The translations under genes were made by a program, and so were the position numbers. Below, one piece after another: positions 1 to 10,802 of a stretch of DNA of 64,000 nucleotides. Position 1 is the stretch's first letter, and the number at the start of each line of letters is the position of its first letter. Origin of the DNA: Patescibacteria group bacterium (GTDB lineage Bacteria; Patescibacteriota; Saccharimonadia; UBA4664); the NCBI GenBank assembly GCA_028288925.1, contig JAQGHG010000012.1, forward strand, positions 77,762 through 141,761. Reading direction: 5' to 3'. Below the pieces are notes generated by a model that did no database searches, was not told the origin of the DNA, and saw only the letters and a program-made list of their open reading frames with translations.

Positions 1-26
1 CGGTAGTAGCGGCGCAAGGCATTAAT

Positions 27-1298
27 ATGATGGCGGGCCTGGCGGCGATAGTACTAGCCTACCACCTAGGTGGCCGCCTGCTCGCCAGTCGTCGCGCCGG
101 CCTGGCCGCCGCCGCCCTGCTGGCCGTGTCGTATGGCCCGGTAGTGTGGGGCGGCTTTGTGCTCAGTGAGGCGCTGAGCGTGCTCATGCTGCTGCTCGTT
201 ATTTGGCAGGCGGGGCGCCGGCACGACTTCGCGCTCGGCGCGCTGCTGGCGCTGGCCACCCTCACGCGCTACGAGTACGCCATTTTGCTGCTGCCCACGC
301 TGGCTTTCGCCGTGAGACCGTTTTCATGGGCCCGGGTGGGCGCCGTTCTCGGCAGTTACATGTTGCTCGTGGCCCTGGCCTTCGCTCTCATCCACCCCTT
401 CGCCTACGGCCCGGCTGCCGCTCTGGCTCAGATGGGCGGCCTGCCGCTCATTACATTGGGTCTCATGACGGCTGTTTTGCTCGTGGCTCTTGCTGGTAAA
501 TTTCTTACACAAAATGTAAAAAATTCCCCATTACGCTCCGTTATTGTAGCTCTCCCCGCGATCCTAGCCGTCACCGCTCTCATCGTCCTGCCGTCGGCCC
601 GAGGCTTCCTAGCCACCGATCCACTCATCGCCATCGCGGCAGTCACCGGCCTCACGCTCATGCTGCGCCGGCCGCAGCACCGCGCCCTCGCGCTCTATCT
701 CCTCGCCGGCGTCACCCTCCTGGCCGTCATTTATGCCCGCATCAATCCCACCATGGACCGCTATTGGACCCATCTCATACCGTTCTTGCTCCTGCCGGCC
801 GCCTACGCCGTCATCACGCTGTGCCGCCGCCGCGCCATGCTTGCACTATTTGCCCTATTATTTACCATCCAAGTGATTATCAGCGCCATTGGCCTGCGCG
901 GCGAGCCTGGCAACCCTTGGTTTCAGCCGGGCTACGAGGCTGTAGCGGCCCGGCGTATTACCGGCCTCGTTCCCTCAAACGCCGTCATCGTAGCGGCTCT
1001 GCCCGAGCCCTATTACCTCATTACCGGACGCACCACGCAGTCCATCGCCGATCGGCCGCCGTATATCTTCCTGCCTCCCGAGCTCAAATCCCGCCCGCTC
1101 TACATCATTCAGGACGAGGCCATGCGCCGGCTCTTTCCCCGATTTTCGGCTCTGCTAGATGAAAAACTCCAAGACAATAAGGCCGCGCAGCTCAAGGTTG
1201 GAACGGATTTTCGGTATATTACACAAATCATACCGGAGCACCAACCGCTTACTATGTATAAGACCAACCAGTCAGAACTGACAGCGGTCATTCATTAG
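27..1298 (+). CDS. polytopic membrane protein, GT-C-like (ArnT/PMT-family-like) glycosyltransferase candidate; no in-frame stop upstream of the first ATG, so it may begin before the window
   Basis: 423-aa ORF; Ala/Leu-rich with about 10 hydrophobic helices; first gene of a glycosylation cluster. Confidence 0.45.
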   Translation: MMAGLAAIVLAYHLGGRLLASRRAGLAAAALLAVSYGPVVWGGFVLSEALSVLMLLLVIWQAGRRHDFALGALLALATLTRYEYAILLLPTLAFAVRPFSWARVGAVLGSYMLLVALAFALIHPFAYGPAAALAQMGGLPLITLGLMTAVLLVALAGKFLTQNVKNSPLRSVIVALPAILAVTALIVLPSARGFLATDPLIAIAAVTGLTLMLRRPQHRALALYLLAGVTLLAVIYARINPTMDRYWTHLIPFLLLPAAYAVITLCRRRAMLALFALLFTIQVIISAIGLRGEPGNPWFQPGYEAVAARRITGLVPSNAVIVAALPEPYYLITGRTTQSIADRPPYIFLPPELKSRPLYIIQDEAMRRLFPRFSALLDEKLQDNKAAQLKVGTDFRYITQIIPEHQPLTMYKTNQSELTAVIH

Positions 1299-1320
1299 TG
1301 AACACAAAGGTTAATACCAT

Positions 1321-2634
1321 ATGCAATCCCAGTCAGTAGTAGTAGTGGGTCTGGGGTACGTCGGCTTGCCCCTGGCGCAGTTGGTCCAACGCAAGGGCTA
1401 TTCCGTCACCGGCATCGACACCGACCCGGCCAAGATCGCCGCCATGGACGACCTCCCGGTCGCGTCCAGTTTTGAATCCGTCAAGAGCGCCGGCATTGTC
1501 ATCATCTGTGTCCCCACACCGGTCTATGCCGACAAGCTGCCCAACCTTGAGCCCGTCACCGGCGCTGCCACCAGTGTCGGCAAGCACCTGGCCAAGGGCA
1601 CGCTGGTGGTGCTCGAATCCACCGTCAACCCCGGCGTCACCGAGGCCGTCGTCATCCCTGTCCTGGAGGAGCAATCCGGCCTTACCGCCGGCCAAGATTT
1701 CACCGTTGCTCACTGTCCCGAACGCATCAATCCCGGCGACGCCAAGTGGCATGTCGGCACTATTCCGCGCGTCGTCGGCGCCTCCACCGAGGCCGGTCTG
1801 GCCCGCGCCGTGGAGTTCTACCAGTCCATTATCGAGGCCGACATTTACCCCATGGCCAGCCTCAAAGAAGCCGAAGCCGTCAAAATAGTCGAGAACTCCT
1901 TTCGCGACATCAACATCGCCTTCGTCAACGAGCTGGCCATCTCCTTCGCCAAGATGGACATCGACGTCGTCAATGTCATCAACGGCGCCGCCACCAAGCC
2001 GTTCGCTTTCATGGCGCACTATCCCGGTATCGGCGTGGGCGGCCACTGCATCCCGGTCGACCCCTACTACCTCATCAACCGCGCCAAGCAAAACGGCTTC
2101 GACCACGACTTCCTGCAACTCGCCCGCCGCATCAACAGCCACATGCCGGAATACGCCGTCGCCCTCACCACGGACGGCCTCAACGAGTTGGGTCTAGCCC
2201 TCAACGGCGCCCATATCGCCCTCCTCGGTCTGTCCTACAAACCCGGCGTCGGCGACCTGCGCGAAGCTCCGGCCTTCACCCTCATTGACCTGCTCGAGAA
2301 GAAAGGCGCCCGCATCACCGCCTACGACCCCTACATCGCCAAGGATGCCGCCCTGAGCGAATACCACGAGCACGCCCGGCACCACAAGCACGATGGAACG
2401 TTGGTAGGGGAAAACGGCAAGGCCCGCACCGGCCTCCACCTCGCCGGCAGCCTGACGGACGCCCTCCAGGGCGCCGACGTCGTCATCGTCGCCACCGGCC
2501 ATTCCGAATTCCTCAAGCTCACCCCGGCCCAGCTCCAAGCTCACGGCGTCCGCTTCGTCCTCGACGGCCGCAACTGCCTCGACAAAGCCAAATTCATAGA
2601 GTCCAAGCTACTCTATCGCGGACTCGGGAGATAA
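1321..2634 (+). CDS. nucleotide-sugar dehydrogenase (UDP-glucose / UDP-ManNAc / GDP-mannose 6-dehydrogenase family)
   Basis: N-terminal Rossmann motif VVVGLGYVGLPLA; catalytic Cys motif GGHCIPVDPYY; 437 aa. Confidence 0.85.
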   Translation: MQSQSVVVVGLGYVGLPLAQLVQRKGYSVTGIDTDPAKIAAMDDLPVASSFESVKSAGIVIICVPTPVYADKLPNLEPVTGAATSVGKHLAKGTLVVLESTVNPGVTEAVVIPVLEEQSGLTAGQDFTVAHCPERINPGDAKWHVGTIPRVVGASTEAGLARAVEFYQSIIEADIYPMASLKEAEAVKIVENSFRDINIAFVNELAISFAKMDIDVVNVINGAATKPFAFMAHYPGIGVGGHCIPVDPYYLINRAKQNGFDHDFLQLARRINSHMPEYAVALTTDGLNELGLALNGAHIALLGLSYKPGVGDLREAPAFTLIDLLEKKGARITAYDPYIAKDAALSEYHEHARHHKHDGTLVGENGKARTGLHLAGSLTDALQGADVVIVATGHSEFLKLTPAQLQAHGVRFVLDGRNCLDKAKFIESKLLYRGLGR

Positions 2635-2641
2635 CCGCCCT

Positions 2642-3634
2642 ATGACACAACCAAAACTCATCATCCAAATACCCAGCTATAACGAAGAAAAAACCCTCAA
2701 AGACGTCCTCGACGGCATCCCCAAGCACATCCCGGGTGTCGGCGCTATCGAGACGCTCATCATCGATGACGGCTCACGCGACCGCACCCTCGAGATAGCC
2801 GAGGCCTATCCGGTCGATCACATCCTGCGCCACCGTCAAAACCGCGGCCTCGCCATCACCTTCGCCGATGGCATGCACGAATCGCTCCGCCTCGGCGCCG
2901 ATATTATCGTCAACATCGACGGCGACAACCAGCACCCCGCCAACCGCATCCCGGACCTCATCGCCCCCATCCTGGAGGGCACGCACGACATCGTGGTAGC
3001 CGACCGCGGCGTCCGTGGCATCAAGGAATTCAGCGCCACCAAGAAGCTCTTCCAGCGCCTCGGCAGCAAGGTCGTTCGCTGGGCCTCGCACACCAATGTC
3101 CCTGATGCCCCCTGCGGCTTCCGCGCCTACTCGCGCGAGGCCGCCCTCTCCACCAACATCATCACCACCTTCAGCTACACCATGGAGACCATCATCCAGG
3201 CCGGCCACAAACGTCTGGCCGTCACCCACGTCGCCATCCCCCAGCGCCCCAAAACCCGCGAGTCCCGTCTCTTCACCGGCATCGGCCAGCACATTTCCCG
3301 TTCGGCCGTCGCCATTCTGCGCAGTTACACCATGTATCAGCCCTTCAAGGTCTTCCTCCTGAGCGGCTTCCTGGTGTTCCTTATCGGGACTATTCCGTAC
3401 TGGCTGGTGCTCTACCGCGTCTTCGCCGAACCCTACAACGTCGGCGGTCACGTCCAATCATTAATCCTCGGTGCCGTCTTCATGATCCTCGGCATCATGT
3501 TCGTCATGATCGGCATCGTCGCCGACCTCCTCTCCATCAACCGCAAACTATTAGAGGACACGCTCTATCGCCTCAAGAAGATCGAGTATGGCGAGAGCCC
3601 ACACAAAACGGATCATCCCTTGAGCGGCCGATGA
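2642..3634 (+). CDS. GT2 polyprenol-phosphate sugar transferase (DPM1 / GtrB / ArnC-like) with C-terminal TM helices
   Basis: IPSYNEE...IDDGSRD GT2 signature; DxD region; two C-terminal hydrophobic helices; 330 aa. Confidence 0.8.
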   Translation: MTQPKLIIQIPSYNEEKTLKDVLDGIPKHIPGVGAIETLIIDDGSRDRTLEIAEAYPVDHILRHRQNRGLAITFADGMHESLRLGADIIVNIDGDNQHPANRIPDLIAPILEGTHDIVVADRGVRGIKEFSATKKLFQRLGSKVVRWASHTNVPDAPCGFRAYSREAALSTNIITTFSYTMETIIQAGHKRLAVTHVAIPQRPKTRESRLFTGIGQHISRSAVAILRSYTMYQPFKVFLLSGFLVFLIGTIPYWLVLYRVFAEPYNVGGHVQSLILGAVFMILGIMFVMIGIVADLLSINRKLLEDTLYRLKKIEYGESPHKTDHPLSGR

Positions 3635-4689
3635 ATATCCGATTGCTCTTCATTACCCGCGCTTATCCTCCGTCCGTGGGGGGGATGGAGCAAGTTTCCT
3701 ATAATCTCGCCCAAGCTCTCAAGGAAGAACTGCCGGTCGAAATTATCGCTTACGGAGGCAAAAGAATCGGCCTTCTGTGGTTTCTACCCCAGGCGTTCTT
3801 CCTGGCTCTCTGGAAAATATCCCGGCATGGCATTACGCACATTCATCTTGGGGATGCGGTCCTATCTCCTATCGGACTAGCCTTAAAGATACTCACGCGC
3901 AAAAAAGTTAGCGTCACCGTTCACGGTCTTGATGTCACTTACAAAAACCCCCTATATAGGGCCGTCAATCTGCCGAGCCTGCGCCACCTGGACAACATAA
4001 TCTGCGTTTCCAAACACACCCTAGAGCAATGCACCCAACGTGGCGTTCCTGCTAGCAAATGCACTGTCATACCCTGGGGCGTCGACCCACAAGAATTCCG
4101 CGTCACTGCTAGCCGCGAGGACCTGGAGGGCATCACGGACATGAACCTAAGTAATAAAAAAGTTCTCCTCACCGTCGGGCGGCTCGTCAAACGCAAAGGC
4201 GTCGCGTGGTTCATCGATCAAGTCATGCCCATCCTCGGCCCGGAGTACGTCTACCTGATAGTAGGGGAGGGCCCGGAGCGCCCGGCCATCGAGGCGACCA
4301 TTACAAACCACGGTCTCCACGACCGCGTAAGACTCCTCGGCCAACTACCCGACCGCGAGCGCACGGTCCTCTACAATACCTCCGACATCTTCATCATGCC
4401 CAACATCCCCCTGCCGGGCGACATGGAAGGGTTTGGGACGGTGGCGATAGAGGCATCCGTCGCGGGAATGCCGGTTGTAGGGAGTAATCTAGAAGGCGTA
4501 AAAGATGCGGTGATCGACGGCGAGACGGGCTGGCTTGCCTCGCCGCAGTCGCCGGCTGACTATATTATGTGCATAGGCAAGGCACGCGACACTAATCGTC
4601 TTCGTGTCGCCAGGATCACCGAACAAAAATTCAATTGGCGAGCCACTGCCATTGCTTACCGAAAGACTTTGGAGCACTCGTGCGCATAG
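3631..4689 (+). CDS. GT4 (group 1) glycosyltransferase
   Basis: C-terminal EGFGTVAIEA...GMPVVGS...DGETGWL motif typical of GT4; overlaps the upstream gene by 4 nt. Confidence 0.8.
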   Translation: MNIRLLFITRAYPPSVGGMEQVSYNLAQALKEELPVEIIAYGGKRIGLLWFLPQAFFLALWKISRHGITHIHLGDAVLSPIGLALKILTRKKVSVTVHGLDVTYKNPLYRAVNLPSLRHLDNIICVSKHTLEQCTQRGVPASKCTVIPWGVDPQEFRVTASREDLEGITDMNLSNKKVLLTVGRLVKRKGVAWFIDQVMPILGPEYVYLIVGEGPERPAIEATITNHGLHDRVRLLGQLPDRERTVLYNTSDIFIMPNIPLPGDMEGFGTVAIEASVAGMPVVGSNLEGVKDAVIDGETGWLASPQSPADYIMCIGKARDTNRLRVARITEQKFNWRATAIAYRKTLEHSCA

Positions 4690-5759
4690 CTATTATTTGT
4701 GAGCTCGCCAATACGCAACGACAAGGCGGCGAGCAGCATGCTATGCTTACGCTCGCTCGAGGATTGGCTAAGCAGGCTCATGTGGATGTATTCAGCTACG
4801 CTCCGTCCCAGGGTCAAAAGCTCATAGCAAGCAAAATACCTCTTGGGCTTCGGCTGCTACCATTTATTCGTGATATGTTCTTCCTGCCTATTATCGGGAG
4901 GTTCCTTCTGCGGAAGATTGATCAAGATTACGATGTTATTCAGGCGACATCATCTACTCTCGCGGCTTTTTATCGGCCGCGTACCCGGTTTATCGTTACT
5001 TGTCATATTATCCGCTCTCAAAAAATCCCACTTTTCTACCGCCTACCCAAATACTGGCTTTTATTCAATCCACTTACTTATCGGATCATGAAGCGGCTTG
5101 AGCGGCGAGGTCTGCGTAATGCCGATAACGTGGTCGTAATTCGCGAGCATCAACGCCAATTTCTTATTGACGAACTTAAAATATCGCCCAAAAAGATCAC
5201 TCTCATACCCAACGGTGTCGATGTGGAGATCTTTAAGCCACAAGCCACACCCAAGAAGAATCAGGTAGTTTTCGTCGGCCGTACGACCTTCCCAAAAGGC
5301 TTCAATTTGCTTGTTGACGCGGCTAATTATATCGAGGGCGATATTATCGTCATCACCCAAAAAGGCGCCTCTGAACTACTGGCAAGAGCTCAGAAAACAC
5401 CCAATATGCAAATCATCAAAAGTGCGCCGCCGGAAGTTGTAGCCGGACACTACGCGGAGTCTAAGGTATTTATCTTACCTTCTCTCGACGAGGAGCAGCC
5501 CCTCACCGTTCTGGAGGCACTCGCCTGCGGGCTTCCAATAGTGGTGTCCGAGAAAGCTGCGTCGGATGTGTTTACCAGAGAGAGTACCGTTGAAGGGAAG
5601 GTTCTCGATTATCTTCGGCCAGATACCATCGCTGAAGCGGTTAATTATTACCTGAGAACCAGCATGGGGACCATAAAAAGAAACCGCCAGATTGTTGTTG
5701 ACCAATATTCCCTCGAAAATAACCTGAACCATTACCTGAGGCTTTATGAAGATAGTTAA
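4679..5759 (+). CDS. GT4 (group 1) glycosyltransferase
   Basis: VFVGRTTFPKG...EEQPLTVLEALACGLPIVVS motif; probable GTG start at 4679 (VRIAIICELANT), overlapping the upstream stop. Confidence 0.75.
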
Positions 5760-7413
5760 ATGGATAAAAAGCGAGAAATTCCTTGTCATAATCGGCGGTC
5801 TGCTCGTATTCAGTTTTTATGCCTTAATTACACTCAATCTGAACATACATGGTGATTCTAAATTCCATACTCAATTTGCCAAGGAGAGTGTTGAAAGCGG
5901 GTTTCTCGTAAAGAACCAGCCATACAGGATTTACTCAATAAGTAATGGGCAGATAAGCTTTGAGCCTATCTCATACCCCCTAGGATCGGAGGCCTTATTC
6001 GGCTCTCTCTATGCTATCGGTGGTGAGACCCTACTCCAGTTGCTATCAGCAATAATGGCGCTTGGGGTTTATTTACTCGTCTATGTTTTGCTACGGGAAT
6101 TCGGCAAAAAAGTTGCCCTTCCTACGGCAATTTTATCGGTGTTGGTAGTCGGCGAAAGACTGTTCATGACGCCGTTGCTCGAACCACTCCTTCTGATCCT
6201 ATTACTCGGCGCGGTGGTGTGTGTCAAAAACTTCCTTCGTCAAAATGATAAAAAACAGCTTTACCTGGCGGCGCTTTTTGTAGGCGCGGCGACATGCATA
6301 AAACAACAGGGTCTAGTAGCACTATTCGCCATAGCGGGCTTCCTTACTTGTTTTTTTGTTTGGAAAATTGCCCACAAGGAATGGGGGCTAAGAAAGATAA
6401 GCGCGCTATTTATCTTTATCCTTATAGCGTTTACCGTCCCTGCTCCTTCGATTGCCGAACAAATACATCGGACAGGAACATTTGCTTTTGCGCCCGGAAG
6501 GACGGAACTGCCATCATCGATGCCTTTTTATAATCTGGTGCAACCACTGCTCACAAGTAAATTCGCTGTAAAACCTGAAGCCAAGGCAGCAATAAAGGAA
6601 CAGGTTAAGTACAACCAAAAAAAGCAATCTTTCACCGACAAGGTTAGGGGGTTCCTTTTAGCGCCTATCCTTTTTTACCGGTCTACGGATAGTGGTTTTC
6701 TTTCATCCAGCTACACAATGCTCTTCTACGGAACGCTCACATTGTTGTTACTATTCGTTATCGCATTGATACGACGCGGAGATGTCTTTGGAGGATTCCT
6801 CGTATACTTAATGATTACCGAAATGCTCGTTTCCTTTACCTTGAAAACGCCCATAACTCAGTACCACACCTTTGGAGTAATTCTGGTGGTTATGGTGCTG
6901 GCCCTAGCTCTGAAAAATCTTCTAGCTTTGGCCAAAGTACCCGGCATAGCCTACCTCCTTCTTGCTTTTGGGCTGTTCACATTTAACTACGCGGACTTGC
7001 TGGTCCCTTTGTGGAGCTCATCGGGTAGAGAGGACGGCCATAGCTTAACGGCCTACCAAAGAATAGGGGCATATGTCCAAGAGAGTACGCCCAAGAGCTC
7101 AATCTTTCTCGCTCCAGAGACAAGCTTCAGATATTATGCCAAGCGCGATACGATCTGGCTTACAGAGGACAACGCGGATGTCGTGATGCGCATCATCACC
7201 AACCCCAACCCCGATAATGAGCTGAAAGATTTACGTAGTCTATCCGTAACGCACGTAGTAATAAACGCGAGCCAGTTAAACCGATACGGAGTAAACGATT
7301 ATCTGCCGCCCGACGGGCTTTATGCGGGTATCAAAAACTCACCACATTTTAAGAAGCTCTATGACCCTTATGGTGATGGGCATTTCGTAATCTACGAGGT
7401 GCGCTATGAGTAA
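5746..7413 (+). CDS. polytopic membrane protein with C-terminal soluble domain (GT-C glycosyltransferase or O-antigen-polymerase-like candidate)
   Basis: 555 aa; about 12 hydrophobic helices then a roughly 150-aa hydrophilic C-terminus; lower-GC segment within the glycosyl cluster. Confidence 0.45.
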   Translation: MKIVKWIKSEKFLVIIGGLLVFSFYALITLNLNIHGDSKFHTQFAKESVESGFLVKNQPYRIYSISNGQISFEPISYPLGSEALFGSLYAIGGETLLQLLSAIMALGVYLLVYVLLREFGKKVALPTAILSVLVVGERLFMTPLLEPLLLILLLGAVVCVKNFLRQNDKKQLYLAALFVGAATCIKQQGLVALFAIAGFLTCFFVWKIAHKEWGLRKISALFIFILIAFTVPAPSIAEQIHRTGTFAFAPGRTELPSSMPFYNLVQPLLTSKFAVKPEAKAAIKEQVKYNQKKQSFTDKVRGFLLAPILFYRSTDSGFLSSSYTMLFYGTLTLLLLFVIALIRRGDVFGGFLVYLMITEMLVSFTLKTPITQYHTFGVILVVMVLALALKNLLALAKVPGIAYLLLAFGLFTFNYADLLVPLWSSSGREDGHSLTAYQRIGAYVQESTPKSSIFLAPETSFRYYAKRDTIWLTEDNADVVMRIITNPNPDNELKDLRSLSVTHVVINASQLNRYGVNDYLPPDGLYAGIKNSPHFKKLYDPYGDGHFVIYEVRYE

Positions 7414-8836
7414 TATGGGCCGGGGCGTTATGTATCTTGGCGTCTCATCAATCTTTTTCATGCTCTCTGGCTACCTGATAAATATATTACTCGGACGGCA
7501 CCTGGGGCCAGAATTATATGGTGCCTACGGGGTATTGATGTCGCTAATGACTACGATGAATATCATGCAAGTTTCGGGGATGCCGCAAGCGGTCAGCAAG
7601 TTTACGGCGGAAGATGAAGACAACTCCGAGGCTATCTTGCGCAGCGGCATTATGATTCAGCTATGGTCAACTCTTGTGATCGGATTAACGTTCTTTGTTT
7701 CAGCGCCTCTCTTCGCGGTCATCTTTAAAGATCCTGCCTTCACGGGCTACATGAGAGCCTTGTCGCTGGTCTTCCCTTTCTATGGGCTCTTCGCTCTCTA
7801 TGGTGGTTACTACAATGGCCGGCATAACTTTAAACGGCAAGCGATTATCAATAGCACCTACTCTGTCGTAAAGCTCGGGCTTGTCGTGGGGCTGGCGCTT
7901 GCATCTGGGCTCTATGGCGCCATCGCGGGCTTTGTTATGGCGTCGCTCTTTGCTCTTATTGGCGCTTTCCACAGGCCCAAAACCGTCCGAAGGTTTCCGT
8001 ATCGTCCTCTTATCTTGTACTCACTCCCACTTATCGGATTCGCGGTACTCTCCACCCTTCAGCTCTCCGTCGACCTCTTTTCCCTGAAGGCGATGACATC
8101 AGACGCGCGCTTGGTTGGGTATTACGCGGCCGCCCAAAGCATAGCAATCATTCCTTTCATGGCTATGAGCGCGATAGGACAAGTATTGTTCCCGAGCATC
8201 GCCAGGCAATTGGGCCAAGGCCGCGTACATGATGCGCGGAGGAGCATAAGACAAGCACTTCGCTACCTCTTATTGCTGTTAGTTCCTATTGCCGTGCTAA
8301 TAGCGGCAACAGCGCCTGACCTTATAAGTTTTCTCTTTGGCGCCAAATATTTACCCGCGGTTCCTGCGCTCCGGCTTCTTGTCCTCGGCTATGTTTTTCT
8401 GACGATATTTATGACATTCGCAAACATCCTAAACGGTTCAGGAAGAGCACATGCCTCGGCATTATGGGCCGGCATTGGCGTGGGCACCGCCTTTGTGCTG
8501 TGTATCCTTCTCATCCCTAATTACGGAAGTATCGGCGCCGCGGCGACAACCTGTATCGGGGCTTTTCTCGCGGCGGCGGGGGCGATTATAGCAACTTATC
8601 GCAGCCTCAAATTCAGGCCGCCATATCTCAGTATATTTAGACTGTCGATTGCGGCGATGGTGCTTTATGCGGCGGCCTATTTTGTAAGGCTGCCCACTGC
8701 GGTATTGCCGCTTTGGTATGTAGCATTAAGCGCGGCCTATGTTTGGCTACTTAGGCTTATGGGAGAAATCACCATCCAAGATTGGCAAATGACGAAAGCT
8801 CTATTCTCAAAACAAGACAGAGGAAGCGGATTATGA
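7406..8836 (+). CDS. polysaccharide biosynthesis protein / oligosaccharide flippase (Wzx, MOP superfamily)
   Basis: 476 aa; 12-14 TM helices; typical flippase hydrophobicity pattern; sits with GT genes. Confidence 0.7.
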   Translation: MSNMGRGVMYLGVSSIFFMLSGYLINILLGRHLGPELYGAYGVLMSLMTTMNIMQVSGMPQAVSKFTAEDEDNSEAILRSGIMIQLWSTLVIGLTFFVSAPLFAVIFKDPAFTGYMRALSLVFPFYGLFALYGGYYNGRHNFKRQAIINSTYSVVKLGLVVGLALASGLYGAIAGFVMASLFALIGAFHRPKTVRRFPYRPLILYSLPLIGFAVLSTLQLSVDLFSLKAMTSDARLVGYYAAAQSIAIIPFMAMSAIGQVLFPSIARQLGQGRVHDARRSIRQALRYLLLLLVPIAVLIAATAPDLISFLFGAKYLPAVPALRLLVLGYVFLTIFMTFANILNGSGRAHASALWAGIGVGTAFVLCILLIPNYGSIGAAATTCIGAFLAAAGAIIATYRSLKFRPPYLSIFRLSIAAMVLYAAAYFVRLPTAVLPLWYVALSAAYVWLLRLMGEITIQDWQMTKALFSKQDRGSGL

Positions 8837-10257
8837 ATAAAAACAAAAAGTGGTCACGGCTAACGGCCCTTGCGGGGTCCATGGTGTTAGTCGGATATAT
8901 CTTATTCGTCAACGCGATGCCATTAGGCGTGAGCTACGATTTCAAGCCAGGAAATAAAAATGTGTCATCGCTCGGCCCTGGAACCCGGGTTGAGACGCTA
9001 AATAGAAGTCAACGCCTCATCCAGGATCTCGCGTACTTCACGTCTAATATGACATTTCTTTTTGAACATGCACGAGTTCGCATGGCAATAAAAACTAGCG
9101 ATGTAAACCAGGTGGCTTGGTTGGGGTATAAAGACCAGCAAGCTTGGCATTACAACAATCAAGTTATAAGCGCGCCATTCATAGATTCATTAGGCTGGGC
9201 CAGGGTGGGAGAAGGGCCCTACCTCTATCAGAAACAACCAAGCTATAAGTCCTACGCCGATTTTATGGCTAATACACCTAGGGACAAATTTATAGGGGTC
9301 TATAACTACAGCGATACCGCGCTACGCCAGAGCAAGGCGGACATGTCAGGTTACAAGCCCGCCACCGCTGAAACGGTCGTCTCTACTCCTATCCGTGGCA
9401 AAGTTACAATGTACGCTTACCTCGCCAATGAGCCGTTTCGCCTCGCCGTCGAAAAAAGAGACCTTAATTGGTACAAAGATCCTGACGTTGCTACGGTAAA
9501 AGTCTACAAAGATACGGACAAAGTCTTCGAGACGACAATAGGTGACGACGGCAACACAAACGACGATCATCATCCAGGAGCCTCGCAACAAGCTGACATT
9601 AAGAACCCCGGCCCCGGACTGCCTGAAGCGGGTGTTTACAAAATTGTAATAGACGCACCGGACGACTCGATCATCACCAAAATCGCCACCAACATGCATA
9701 AGATTACGTTTGAAGGTCCTCTCCACCTGGCAGGCAACCATGAGGTTTACGGCGATGTTGTACCGCCGACCGCATCGGTTGACATCTTCACGAATGCCAC
9801 CGATGTCTCGGCGCAAGCATTCTCTAGGTCGGCTCAAACGCTCATAGCAGGTGGAAAATCAGTACCATTAACTCAATCACAAACGTTCATCAATCTCGCG
9901 TCCACGCCACAGATTAGTGCCATCAAGGCCCCCAAGAGTGACATCGTCATCAATGGCGTCGGCTACTTCGCCTTCAGCCAAGATCAATTCTTTGAACCCA
10001 CCCCCTATCACATTCTCCAAATCACCGGCCCCAAAGACCTCGAAAAAGTCGACTATGTACTCACCAACTACAAACCGCCCAAACAGCTCGGCGACGGCTG
10101 GGTAGAGGTGGAGCGGGAGTTTGATCTTAGCGGCGCCGTGGTGCAGAAAGGTAAGCTTAGTTGGGTTATTAGCGCGCCGGGACTGGCCGATAACAAGCGC
10201 AGTATCGAGATTAAGGATATTCAAATGACGCTCACTAAGAAAGGCTGGTTTAAGTAA
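8833..10257 (+). CDS. membrane-anchored extracytoplasmic protein of unknown function
   Basis: ATG at 8833 overlaps the upstream stop (ATGA); N-terminal TM anchor WSRLTALAGSMVLVGYILFV; about 475 aa. Confidence 0.5.
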   Translation: MNKNKKWSRLTALAGSMVLVGYILFVNAMPLGVSYDFKPGNKNVSSLGPGTRVETLNRSQRLIQDLAYFTSNMTFLFEHARVRMAIKTSDVNQVAWLGYKDQQAWHYNNQVISAPFIDSLGWARVGEGPYLYQKQPSYKSYADFMANTPRDKFIGVYNYSDTALRQSKADMSGYKPATAETVVSTPIRGKVTMYAYLANEPFRLAVEKRDLNWYKDPDVATVKVYKDTDKVFETTIGDDGNTNDDHHPGASQQADIKNPGPGLPEAGVYKIVIDAPDDSIITKIATNMHKITFEGPLHLAGNHEVYGDVVPPTASVDIFTNATDVSAQAFSRSAQTLIAGGKSVPLTQSQTFINLASTPQISAIKAPKSDIVINGVGYFAFSQDQFFEPTPYHILQITGPKDLEKVDYVLTNYKPPKQLGDGWVEVEREFDLSGAVVQKGKLSWVISAPGLADNKRSIEIKDIQMTLTKKGWFK

Positions 10258-10661
10258 TGGCGCGGATTACCGATATAGCTGTGGCTCTCGTGGGTGGCGC
10301 CTATGTACTCTTCGCGCCTGGTCTGGTGCTGTCGTTTGTGTTCTTCCGCCGCGACGCCATCGATTGGCTGGAGCGGGTGGCCCTGAGCTTTGCGCTATCG
10401 GTTGCCGTGGTGCCGCTGGTGGTGTTTTACTTGAACATGATAGGGATAAAACTGACGCGTCTAAGTGTGGTGCTGGAGGTTGCGGCGATAATGGTGGTGA
10501 GCGGGGGAGTGGTATGGTGGCGAGTCCGCCGGGTACAGCCGCGTAAGCCGCCGGCCGCCAAGCCCGCGCCGGTGATGGGACCAGAGCCCAGCGTCCCGCC
10601 AACCAAGCCCGCGCCCCGGCGGCGGTCCATGGACGCGGTAGGACGGAGGAACCATGAGTAA
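10257..10661 (+). CDS. small polytopic membrane protein with Pro/Lys-rich C-terminus
   Basis: 134-aa ORF; ATG overlaps the upstream TAA; 3-4 hydrophobic helices. Confidence 0.4.
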   Translation: MARITDIAVALVGGAYVLFAPGLVLSFVFFRRDAIDWLERVALSFALSVAVVPLVVFYLNMIGIKLTRLSVVLEVAAIMVVSGGVVWWRVRRVQPRKPPAAKPAPVMGPEPSVPPTKPAPRRRSMDAVGRRNHE

Positions 10662-10802
10662 CCAAAAGCAAACCCCAAACAACGGCCCCGACAGCCTCGA
10701 TGAGTTGGATTCAACCTTGCGCGGCGCCAAATTCAGCCTCTGGGCGACGGCCCGGGAGGCCTTCCAGCGGCTTGTCCGCAAGCTGACGCGGGGCCGGCGG
10801 CT

